This document shows, one piece after another, positions 36,933 through 49,140 of a stretch of 64,000 bases of DNA. The DNA lies in the NCBI GenBank assembly GCA_035084275.1, contig CM068755.1, positions 9,920,001 through 9,984,000 of the forward strand, given 5' to 3'. Source of the DNA: Hydrolagus colliei (Eukaryota). The position numbers and the translations under genes are program-made. How positions within the stretch are numbered: position 1 is the first letter of the stretch; the number at the start of each line of letters is the position of its first letter. The notes beneath the pieces were generated by a model. The model was not told the origin of the DNA and ran no database searches. It saw only the letters and a list, made by a program, of their open reading frames with translations.

Positions 36933-38074
36933 TTACCTGTCTGGGTTAATCTTTGGGGAGGTCAGCCGGGTGTCTGGCACATGCAGAAACCCATCACTAT
37001 GGTTACGAGTATCCAAACGAAGATGTGATTTCCCTGCAACCAACCTACACATGTAAATCCCAGAGATAGATTTTTGGAATGGAATGTTTACTCTCTCCCG
37101 GGAGGGATGCATCCTGCTAACCTAATTCCCGCTGCTTGTCCAGTTAGGACCAGCCTACACATTAGGACTTCAGCCTGCAGGGTTAACAGGAACTGAATGG
37201 AATTATTCCCAGCCCTCCAGTGACTGGTCTGCCCTTCCAGGTTCTGCCGATGAGCCAGGCTCACTGTGCTGTCATCAGCAGTGCCCTGGAATACTGCGGG
37301 CCTGCCCGGCTCAAGAACCAGACTACCAAGACCATCACAGAAAGCTGGATCAATTCTGACATCCCATTGCCAAACATGTCACCTTGGAGCCAATTCAGCT
37401 CCAAGACTACCAGACTTAAAAGGGTTAACAGGAGCTGAGTAGGAAGAATCCCAGCCCCCAATTGAATTGCTTTGCAGACCGCCAGACTCCAGTTTAAGAA
37501 ATACTTGAACATGTAAGATGTGTGAACTTGTTTCTATTGTAATCCATATACACGTTTAATCCATTATAGTCTAATTACGTTCTCCAAATGGAGAGAATTC
37601 AAAAATGAATAACAAGTTCATTATTTTATTTATGAACTGATGCTGTGTTCTGGAATTTCGGAATTGAAGAATCCATCACGCTTGCATTTGCTGCATATTG
37701 TAAATGTTCACTGAAAATGATTGACTTCATCAAGTCAAGGACACACTGAAGCATTAACTCCCGGCAGTGCAAAGTGCGGTGCTTGCTGAAACAAATTAGA
37801 TACAGGAGAACCTACATAAGATGTCTCTGGAAAACTGAAGCTGACTAGTTAGGTTCCCCACCTCAGATTTGTAATATTTTCTCAGTGTTAATATTTCGAG
37901 GTCAACCTTTTTTGTTAAAAACAAAATTTACTTACAGACAGAGGATGGTTCCCAAAGATTAAAATCCAAATGCATTTCATTCATGGACAGTGGGTGTTGG
38001 AGTCACAGCCTTCCTGTGGGCTTTGTAAATTGACTAGTGAGTAAAGGCAGCTTGATGTTAGATTATTTAGGTGT

Positions 38075-38305
38075 TAGCCTAGCTCAGTTGGTAGTATTCG
38101 CGTGTGAGTCAGATGGTAGTAGCTTCAAAACCCACGTCAGTGCTTTGAGCTCTTAGTTTAGGCTGACACTCTAGCACAACACAAAGCTGGGGAGTGCTGC
38201 AATATTACAGTATCACAGGTGCTATTGATCTATTAAAATGAGTGCCTGTTCAAATGTATGTTGAAGATCCTGTGGCAGTGTTTGAAAAGATTTGGGGAGA
38301 TGGTT
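38075..38305 (+). mobile_element. Older Deu-type tRNA-SINE fragment
   Basis: tagctcagttggtag head, ggctgacactc, gatcctgtggcagt; related copies near 49640-50010, 51050-51600 and 60720-60850(-). Confidence 0.6.
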
Positions 38306-38307
38306 TC

Positions 38308-38790
38308 TAAGTTCCGCGATCACATCACTCCCACCCTCACTGGCTCCATTGGCTCCCCATCCCCCAGAGGATCAAATTCAAGATCTTCGTCCTCACTTTC
38401 AAGGCCTTCCTATATCTCCGACCTGCTGATTCCCGATCAACCTGCCCGCCCCCTAGTTAAGCGGGCTCCGGTCTGCTCCATGTCTCCCGTGCGAACCACC
38501 CTACCATTGGTGGCCGGGCTTTGGCTTTCAGCCTCTCTGCCCCCGCACTCTGGAACACTATCCTACAGTCGCTTTGCCTTGCTAACTCCCTTGCCTCCTT
38601 CAAGGCAGGTCTCAAGACCTTCCTGTTCAATCATGCCTTCTGCCACTCTCCCACCTCTCTCCCTCCCCTCCCCTCCCCCTTACCCTGCCACTCCCCAGAG
38701 CTTGGGTCCTGACCCATGACTGTTCAGTGCCTTGGGACATCCTCCCGACGTGAGAGGCGCTCCATAAATGACTTTTTTTTATTGTTGTTT
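38308..38790 (+). mobile_element. L2-like LINE 3' fragment
   Basis: RDHITPTL, AFSLSAPALWN..FKAGLKTFLF; L2 tail. Confidence 0.85.
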
Positions 38791-39739
38791 TCCATCGCAT
38801 TTTAATTGCACCTCTCTTTACAGAAATGCAATTATGATCTATAATTTTCAAACATGTTTTCTCTCTTTTGAACAATGGAGAAATATTCCCATTTCTCGGG
38901 CATAACTCTGTTCATTATGAGCCTCTTAAAATGTTAAACTGAACCTCACTACTGTATTTTTTGAGCAATATAGGGTGTTTATTGACTAGCCTCCATTGCC
39001 TAGTATATATTATTCTGTGAGTTTCTTTGTGAAGCATGCTCCACTGATACCTATTTGTGTTAAAGATTTCCGAGCTAAAACAAATAGATTTGGAATTTGA
39101 CCTCAGTCTTTGACGTTGCTCAGAAGTATCTTTTGATAAATGTTTGCATTACTGTAACGTCCTACACTGCAGCTTCTATCGGTTGTTAACAGATTGGAAA
39201 GAAGTTAATAAGTCTGTGTGTCTTCTCTTTATAAGTTAGGCTTAGTCAAGAGAGGCCTTTTCATTTGTGAGAGGGTATCAAAGATATAGCATTGTGAAGA
39301 ATTCTACACTATGGATTACCAGTGTTTCTTCAGGCTGGTATCCCAGGAAACCACAGGTCATTTGCTGCTTTTTTTTGATAGAACTAATTTGTTTTGGAGA
39401 GGCAGCTTTTCTCTCCAGTTGCATGCAAATCAGTCAGAAGGATGTGCAAAATTACCTTGGAATAGACAAACGGTGGAAAAGAGACTCCGAAATGGGAAAA
39501 GGTGGTATTTAAATTTCAATATTTGCTTATGATTCATCGAATTGGCATTGATCAATATCAATGATACCCTTCAGATGCAATGAAACAACAAGTGCAATTT
39601 ATTCAGAAGCAAGATTGTTGAAGATTAGAATTGATAAGTAGGTTTGAGTTTGCCATTAAGATCAGAATTCATGTTTCTATTTGTAGCAACGCAATCAATT
39701 CAACACTTGTAATATGAACATAGTGAGCATCAAACCATT

Positions 39740-40355
39740 ATACAAATTACAGCTGGGGCTATTCAGTTGATCTAGCCTGATGGTTGGTGTTAGATCCTCT
39801 CCTGGAGCTAACAAATGTAATACTAATTCCCTACTCTTTCCCTGTACTCTTTTATTTGTTCCTCTTCAAATGTTTATTCAACTCCCTTTTAAATGTTGCT
39901 ATGGTCTCAGCCTCAATAGCCACTACTGGCAAAGCATTCCGTGTCCTAATAGCTCCCTTTGTTTAAAAAAAATCTTCTAACCTTCCCTTTTAACTCTTCC
40001 AGTGTCAATCCTGAGCTAAACCCCTTGTTGTTGGTTCTCCACCCAGTGAGAATAATCTTTCAGTATCTTCTCAATCCTTTTCAGAATTTTGAAGACCTCT
40101 CCTAAATTGCCTCGTAACCTTATTTTGTTCCAATTAAAACAAACAAGCCTATCATCATAACTGTAATCTTTCGTCCCTGGTGTCTTTTGTACGAATCTAC
40201 ATTGTATCCTTTGCGTGGCTTTGATGTCCGTTCTGTAAAGTGCCATCCCCCAGAACTGCATGGAGTACTCCAGCTGTGATCTAACTAACATCTTGCTTGA
40301 ATTTAACATCAATTCCCTGCTTTTGATTTCAATGCCCCTATATATAAATCCCCAA
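39740..40355 (-). mobile_element. Degenerate CR1 LINE 3' fragment
   Basis: Minus-strand peptide LVRSQLEYSMQFW...RLRGNLGEVFKILK. Confidence 0.8.
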
Positions 40356-41560
40356 TCTTCTACTATCATTTCCACACTGGTATTTGGAGACAGTGAACCG
40401 TGTTGATGGCGAAACGTCTTAGCATCACACCATGTTATCTGGAAGCACAAAGGTCGGGAGTCATTGACTGACTGTGCTGGAAGTTGGGCTGTGCAGTGTA
40501 TTGTGGGAGCTGTACTTACCTCCAGATTCATCTCTACATTCTAGTCACACTATTCATGTATTATTAAAAATAGCCAAAATATTTCAGAATAAAGTTTAAA
40601 TTAAAGTTACAATTTCCTTGTCATTTATATTTTATCAATTTTACGCTGGAGGGGATGGCTTCATGCTGCGTTGGAGCTCTTCAACACTTGCTACTCTTAG
40701 ACATGTAATGTTCTGAGGCATGAATTCTGTTCCTGTGTTAAACACCCACATCATTCTGAGGGAAAAAGATGAAGAAAGCAGCATAAAAAATGATTTATTT
40801 TAATGAACTGACTGTTTCCCTTAGATCAGGATTGGTTTCTTATTTCTAGTTCTCTGTGATCCTTACCCTCTATTCCACCATTACATCTGACAAATCTGGA
40901 AAATATTTATGTTAAATAAATTGGACTTAATCATCCTAAATGAAATTAGTCTGTACAGTGAAACACTCACATTTGTTTTCATGATCCGAAGTAAAGTCAC
41001 TAAAAACCACAAAGATCTAAGGTGGCTTTCGTCAGTTTGTAAAAGGAATATTCCAGCATCAAGCTTTATTCTTGAGTATTTATCTGTATAATAGTACTTT
41101 CAATGCATTTAAAAAAATATAAAGCGCGTGAATTTAAATAGACAGAGTTGCAAACGCACCGCACAGTGGCTGCTGCCTCTTGTTTGAAGCCTACCATCGT
41201 TTGTTGCCTCATTTCTGATGCTGTGGGGGATTGTTTTCTGACAGTTCCTCACAAACTGTTCCCTGCAAACAGATGGCAGTGGTGCTACCGGCTAAACCAC
41301 ATTGGTGGAGCATCAGGTTTCCATTCAACAACCTTGTCATGAAGGTAGCATCTCTGATCATAAGAGGATCAGAACATCCAGGGGATTTGTTCTTATTGGA
41401 AACTTTTCTTTTTAAAATATCACGTCAAGTATTTGTTACAAATTAATAAGGGAAGGAGAAGGTTCTTGCACCAAAAGCAGGACACAGTTGATTGCGCTGA
41501 ATTGAATTTGTAATTTGTGACTGTGTTCCATGGGATTTGGTAGAGCCCAACCTACAACTG

Positions 41561-41870
41561 TAATAATAGTAATAATCATTCTTAAAGTTGATATCGCACT
41601 TTTCACATCTTCTAGATGTCTCAAAGCGCTTTGCAGAATATACGGTAAAGTGAATTGATGTATATATGTAGGCAAAACCTGGCAGAAAATTGCGCACAGC
41701 AGAATCCCACAAACAGTTGTGGATTTAAATGACCAAATTTTTTTTTTTGAGGGATTATTATTAGGCGTGTGGAGTAAGAAAACTTGCCGAAGGTTTCACC
41801 TGGAATTGAACTCAAGTTTCCACTTGTCACTTGTAAGGTGAGTATTCTAACCATTGAGCTACAGGATTCC
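41561..41870 (-). mobile_element. tRNA-derived SINE, full length
   Basis: Reverse-complement copy of the family. Confidence 0.85.
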
Positions 41871-44800
41871 TGTAACTAATTTACCGCATCCTTGTTTCAA
41901 ACATGGCAAAAAGAGGCAGGTCTGTAAATAATATTCAGCCACTATTGATTTAAAGAGAGGGAAAGATAGAATACAGGATCAACTAACTCATACTTTATTG
42001 CCAAACAGGGGTTCTAAACTAAGAGGCTTACATCTGATAACACCTCAAATAGAAATAAATGGAGTTCACAAAACTGAGGAGAGGACATGGTCACATAGTT
42101 TCAGATTCATTCCAGGTACAGCTTTCACTGTGCAGCTATAGCACAGTATTTGTATAACTCACAATTTTGCTGCATAGATATTAAAACTTCTAGCCTTGGA
42201 GTAAGTGGAACATTTATTCTTGTTGAAGATCCACATATAAATATTGACAGAATCATTTCTACTGCTTCATTTGTTTTTCCCCTTCCCTTGTGCATTAACA
42301 AGGACACACTGGTCCTGTAGAAACATTAATATATACATGCAACAAAGTGCTGGAAAAGGAGGCACATGTAAATTAATTAACAGTTGGGACACATGTCTGT
42401 AATCTAATATTTCATTGAACCCAGCTTTTAAAAGCTTTTTGGAATCTTTGATATTCATAGTAGTTTGGCTAATACAGAATCCACTTGGTGTCTTAGTCAA
42501 AACACCCTGGAATGAAAGATGTGGCGTTATTGTCAATCTGTTCCAATGAATACACTGATAATCTGGTTTACAAAAATACTCTTTCCTGTTACGACTGCTA
42601 TGTTTGCATTGAGGGAACCAAGGTCAGGATTGTTGGTTTGATAGGTACTAAGCTGGATCAGTAACTGTGTACAGTTACTATTGCATTTTTTAAAATAATT
42701 ATTGGGTTTTAACTCACCACTGGCTGTAAGTGAAATCATCTAATTGAAGATTACATTGATGAAGGAAATGTTTCCACTCAATGTACATCACTGAGAAGTA
42801 TTGCATTGGTGGCAGGAAAGGTGAAAATGTCACCAAAGGCCAAAGAAGTCCAGGTTTTCATGGGATGGTTTTCATGGCTATGTGCTGGGTACAAACAAAT
42901 ACCTTTACCTTTTTTTTGGTGCCTCAAAGATGTCTCGATAGCATGATAAGTCGCTTTATCACATGCAAGTATTATTGTTATAAAATGTCTCATTATCTGC
43001 ACTATCATATGCTCAGCCATCAGGAGTTAAGCACGCTACTGTTATTTATCAAATCGTCGTTTTCCAAGACGGGATGTTTTGACACTGGAAGGTCCTCTTT
43101 CAGTTAAATGAAGAATCAAAACTGGGTGTGATTTTGAATAAGGCCCTGATAGTGATTGTCTAAATGCATACAGGTGACCTTAATGATATCATTGGCAACC
43201 AATGTAAAGCATCACAAAATCACCTGTCAGTTCTTTTTATTGCACACAGTTAGTCCAACCAGCAAATTTTGCATGTGTTATTATTCCCAAACCACAAATT
43301 AGACCCTATAATCTACCTCTTCTGAGATGCTATGCACAAAGTGGGAGGCAAAACCACATGACAATATATCCATGTGCAAATTGCGATTGCTCTACCACCA
43401 ATCAATCAGGAGATATGATTGGAAGTCATTGGCACATCAAAATGTTAACGTGAACCGAGGCTGCTATGCAAAGAGGTTAAACAAAGAAATTGCTTTTTTC
43501 ACCATGTTTCACTTTGTTTACTTCCATTTGAGTAAGTTAAACTACAGATATTTTTTTACCCAAACCCGGCACAACAGAACAAACAGCATTTAAATTGCTT
43601 AGGATATCAGGCAATGGAATGAAAAGAATGAACATTTTGAGAACACACGAAAAAAAATCCAGTACTTTAATGGATGATCTTTAATGGAATCTACATAAGT
43701 GTCTGCAATGACACAAAGCTTTTGTGCATAAATCCACTATACCTTGGCAGATCTTTGGTTCTCTAGATAATCACGCCAAGGGTGCTGTGCAAACGATTGT
43801 GTGGCAGCATAATTGCAACAAAATCAAAGTTTAAAATTTTATTTCAAATGAAGGAATGATTAATAAAAAAAACTAACTGGATTTAGTTGAATCTGCTTTC
43901 AGGCTTTTAAAGTAATCAACCCTTACTTGTTGCTTTGAGAGACTCCATAACACACAAAAAGGTCCATCTGTTCTCAAAGTACTTCAGCACTACTCGTCCC
44001 CATTCTTACAGCTGTTGGCTTGGCATATGTCTCAAGCAGCTTCAATCTTTGCTGAATAGGAGGGAGTGATTAATCCTAGAATATAAATAAAGTTTTAAGT
44101 TTTGAGTGCAGAAGCTGAAGAGCCCGGTGGTTGTTTTTTAATGATTTCTGGCACATTCTATTATGTCTGGATTGCAGTATGTTGAAAGGGAGATTGCTTC
44201 AAAGGGAATTGTTTGGCGAGTTTGCATGTGGCGACTTACATCTTGGCAGTTCCTCTTCTTCCTGTTTCATTCACTCCCTGATCTTTTCTTGCAGTGAACC
44301 TGGCTTGAAATGCCTGCACTACCTCAGGTGGCCTTGGATATGCAAATGTGACTGGAATGGCAGAGGAGATGATGGTCATAGCCTACAGCTCCCACACAAA
44401 AGGGACGGATTTGTCTTTTTACCTCCCTGTCTGGCTGCTGGGAAAGTATGCGCAGCCTGTCTTATTTTACAACACTTTCCTGACAATGCAAAGCAAAATA
44501 AAATAAAAAGTCTGCCACTGGCATCCAGACAACCACAAATTCCTTATTCCACCAACCCAAATGAATTGTTCACCGTAATTACCCGCTCTATTAACATTTG
44601 GTTTTGCAACCATTTCACAGAAATGTAAATGACTCTTTTTAAAAAAAAATCAAGCAAAGTCAAGCTGTATTAAAGTTTCATTGACTTCCGTCCTGAGCGC
44701 ATTTTATGTTTAATAATGCCATTCCTTTTCTTCTTCATTGTATATGCTCTCTCTTTGCAATATGCAAACCTTATTAGTTGGTAGTGCTTTTAAGCACAGC

Positions 44801-46656
44801 ATGTCTTTGTGGCACAGAGATAAGTACCAGGTAAATTTAGTAAAGGCCTAGGGGAACACATGCGGGAGGAACCTTTGCTTTATAGACTGAGGTAATCAGG
44901 GATGACATCTAAAACTTTGTTCTTTCATTATAAATATTGTTAGAGGAGGGGGTGACCTCAATGGGCTCATGTATACCAGAGGAGACTTTGATATCTTTTC
45001 TTCAGTAGTTCTCCCTCTGATAATGACAGTGAATGTTGACAGTTCAGTTTCATTTGATTGTCACTGTGCAAAGTTTTTCCTGGAATTAGCATAACCTTCT
45101 GAGGCTTCACCAAGAGTTTCCACTCGTCCTACCAATTTGTAGTGCTGATAAAGGGGTGCAACCATTATTCAAATATTCAACTAATGACCGGCTACAGCAG
45201 TAGCCCTGCATAATTGCTCTGCCACCATTTAAAATAGACAAAATGTAGAAATCTCATGTGAATAATAAGAAACTAAGAGACAGGGCATTTGAATCTTCAG
45301 CCCTTTGAACCAGACAACTTCACACTCGGCCACTGACAGGCACCAGAGGAGTATTTTCTTAGTCCCTTTTTTATTAGACTATTCATCATTAGTCTGTTGC
45401 TTTTAATAGCTGTCTAATTACTTTTGGTGGAGTCACTTTTCAAAGTTGGTTGTGATGTAGAGGGAAGAGTAAAACGGCTTCCTTACAGCACTTATACCAC
45501 TGAAGCGAGTTAAGACTGTCATTAAAACCACATTATTAGTTCCCTTAATTTTTAACAGAATCCAAAACTGTACTGTGCAAAAACACAGAATTGTTTTTTT
45601 TAAACCGATCTAGCGATTGTATCAGGAAGATTTCATAAGAACTGCAAACCCAAAGTCGCACCCTGGTCACGTAGATGTAAAAACAGAGGAGTAAAGCGAT
45701 GAGCACAGTGTAGAACATGGGCTTGTATGTTATGCAATGGTCCAGCTGACTTGGTGTGTGTAGTATATTGAAGCCATCTGCACATTGCTTTACATGCTGC
45801 TGTCAAACGTGTGTGTGTGTGTTGGTAAATAAAAACTAAACACAGATTTGCTTCTTTTATTTGGCAGGGCAGGATGGAGCCTGCCTGCTGTGTGTCAGAT
45901 CTAACAACACTGATTACACACGTTCTGCTAATCTGTTTCCCTGCCCTGGGCAGATAACTGGTAATCAGAAATCAATGTTTCTGTATGATTATGCAATACA
46001 CCCTAGACAGCCTCGCTAACTCTTTCATCTGCATTACACCGGATGCCTCAAACACCGATATATGTATACTGTATATATAAGAGCACTAATTGGCCAATTT
46101 CAGCAATTAAATTTCAAACCATATAAAACAACGCACTTTAAACTAAACAAGGTTGTGATAAGAGTCTGCATAGAGTTGGCTGTCACCCACAGACCAGTTT
46201 TACTTGAAGTGGAGCAAAATGAGCAGCAATTTAGCGATATTTTAAAGGGCAAACACAAATTCCTGTAACAGCGGGGAGATTGCAGTCACTGTTACAAAGA
46301 CGAGAATATTATACAGTATTTATGTCAGAGATTTCCCGACCCAATCACACAATTAGAAGCATTCCTTGCTGCGACGCTCATTCATTCACCTACCGTTCAA
46401 AGATAATCTACACTGCAATCGGACTGTGTGTCTAACAAAGTGTCCATCCAGGTACAGTGTTTGAAGACATTGTTTAAATATGTGTTTTTTTCATATAGAT
46501 ATATATACAGTATATATATAAAGTGATATCAACGTGTGATTGTTTACCTATTATTGGTTCGTGTTAGTGCTTCTCAGATATTGCAAATGTATTTCTCCCC
46601 CCCTCCCCCCCACTGGATGCTGAAAATCGCAAACTGTGTAACACAAAATCTGTGCA

Positions 46657-46702
46657 GTTAGTGAGTTAGTTATATTTAGTTAGTTAGTTAGTTAGTTAGT
46701 TA
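46657..46702 (+). repeat. (TTAG)n microsatellite
   Basis: gttagtgagttagttatatttagttagttagttagttagttagtta. Confidence 0.85.
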
Positions 46703-47569
46703 ATAAGTCACTGGTTTGACTGCCCACCAGCTCCCAGCGGTGACACTGTGATTTGGGAACCTGTTAAATAGTAAAACGTGCTCACGAACTAGTCGTCCAG
46801 ATCGAGATTTCGGTTTCAGGATTTCCCCTCCTCCCACCCACCAGGAAAAGTCATGTGAACCTGAAACAAAGAAGGAAAAGTGGGTGAGGCTGCTGGCCAG
46901 GGCTATATTGTAATTGTAGGATGGCTGGGCTGTGGGTGATACTAATGAGACAGGATATGAGGGGACACACGTGAAGTGGGGTGGGAGTTGGTCGAGGAAA
47001 TCACAGAGGGATTGATTGGGATTGAGTAGGGAAAGCAATTCAGGGGATAAGTTGCAAAAATGGGTACGAGTGACTGTAAAGCAAGAGTAGGCAAAGAAAA
47101 CAGCTATAAAATGAAAACCCTAGAGGATATGGAATTGGGAGGTGGGGCAGGGAATGAGTAAAGTGGGTGAAAGGAACTCATGAACAAAAGAGAGCAGAAA
47201 ATAATAATACTCCTTGCGTTTGATATAGCGCTTTTCATGTCTTCTAGACGTCTTGAATGTTTGCGAATGATGTTGGCTCTTATAAGACAAAAAGGGGCAA
47301 GACAGAAATCATTTTCCTTCGCTTTCAGCATAGAAAATCTGAGTGAGTATTTTAATATGTGACCAGAGGTATGAACCAAAGTGATTGTTAACACTTAGAA
47401 AAGCGTATTGCTGCTGAGTGTAGAGGTTGGATACAATTGCAGTTGCAGTGGGTGAAATTCCATCACAAACACATGCTTTACTCAGAGTTGGCAAGAACAC
47501 ATTTTAATTTTAAAGATTTCACTGCGCATTCACAAAGTTTGAAGGTAATCTCCAACAGCCTATAATATT

Positions 47570-47740
47570 AATATTAATCCTTACATTTGATATAGTGCTT
47601 TTCACGTCTTCTAAACGTCTCAAAGCGCTTCACAGAATAAACTGTAAAGTGAATTGATTGTATATTTGTATGCCAAACAAGGCAGCCAATTGTGCACAGC
47701 AGCATCCACACAAACAGTCATGGATTAAAATGACCAATGA
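47570..47740 (-). mobile_element. 5'-truncated SINE (3' half); similar fragments at ~18135-18230(+), 24305-24390, 35360-35430, 47200-47260, 51603-51790, 57650-57765
   Basis: atccttacatttgatatagtgcttttcacgtcttctaaacgtctcaaagcgcttcacag. Confidence 0.8.
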
Positions 47741-48749
47741 AAGAGTGAGAGAGACGAACACAGAGAGAGAGAGATAGAGACCCACTATGATTTGATGTAG
47801 AAAGCTCGGCCATTAGGCAACACCCTGTAATAATGTCTGTTCAATGTGAAATCCATTCAAATAGGATTTTTGCTAAAAGGAAATGTAAAATTGTAATGAA
47901 TTGCCAATCAAATATCTAAATTAGCAGTGCAAGAAAGCAGTAAACATAATCCAATTGGGACTCTGAATGTTGTGCAAAATTTGATCAGCTGCCACTAGTA
48001 GATGATCCATTCATATTTTTTGAAAAACAAAATCATCAAAATGTATCACTTTATACAACAGGTTTAGTTAACAAAGAGGGCAACCTGTGGTGCACAGTAG
48101 CTCATCTCTTTACATGTATCCTGACACTTGGATGTTGGGTCTGGCTTTTGTTCACGTTTAACCTTTACATTGCCGAGAAAGGGAAATGTTCATGTGTGGG
48201 TGACAAACATACGTGGAGCTCGCAGTCTAGTTTAGATACTCTATTATTTCCCCGCATGTGACAGACAGCTGCCGAACTAAAATAAAATGCTGGCAAAATT
48301 ACCGTAACATCTATTTGCAGCATGTTTCAGCTCACACACAAACTGATAGATCACATTATTTAAAGTGTTTTTTTTAAAAGAACAGAAATCTTATACTCAT
48401 CCCATTGTCAATCCCTGTCCCTGTTTATTTTATTTTTGATAAGTTGGTATATTACGCATTGGTAAGTAACTTTTTTTTAAAAAAGTGGATTTTTGATGGA
48501 CTGTCTGGCGGCAAATAAAAGATAAGAGATCAGTCGTTAACCGAATCACACTTATGGATTTGTCCTCATCGATAAATTATGCTAATTGAGGAAATGCAGT
48601 TGCAATAGATAGTGAGCTTTAAAGGGTTAAAGACATGAAAGGAGAAATAAGGTGTTATGGCAGAATCATTCTCTGATCATTCAACGCCGATCAGCAGATG
48701 AGTAAATATTGCAGCTTTCAAAAAGTCATATGTATAGTGGAACTATAGG

Positions 48750-49140
48750 CCTGTTTGACATTTACAATAAGAAAATTGTAGATGTTTATCAGAAAGGAAA
48801 CAAATTCAAGAGCGTCTAGTGGGAAAGAAACCAATATTGTTTGATTTAAGAGAATGTGTATGCAATGAAAAGTCATGCCTAACAAATTTAAGTTTAATGG
48901 AATTTCTTGAGAGTGTAACAGAGATGGTTGATGAGAATAATGTGGTTGATATTGCATATCTTGACTTACAGAAAGCATCTGATATGGATCTTCATTGAAA
49001 GACTGGAGGCTGAAGTGAAAGCTCAGGGGATGAGGGAGGAAGCAGGAAATTGGGCGATAAATTGGCTAATAGGAACAAAGGGTTATTATTAATGGTCAAA
49101 TTTCTAATTGGGCAGCGGTGACAAGCACTGTCCTCCTCCC
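48750..49140 (+). mobile_element. Degenerate CR1 RT fragment
   Basis: Decayed KSCLTNL..F / VD..YLD.QKA.D / WI.NWL-like motifs. Confidence 0.6.

Noticed and set aside
40016-40531. 171-aa minus-strand ORF
   Set aside because: Degenerate CR1 fragment read together with flanking sequence.
44131-44628. 165-aa plus-strand ORF
   Set aside because: Non-ATG start, no recognisable domain, and random-like Cys/Leu/Phe-rich composition.
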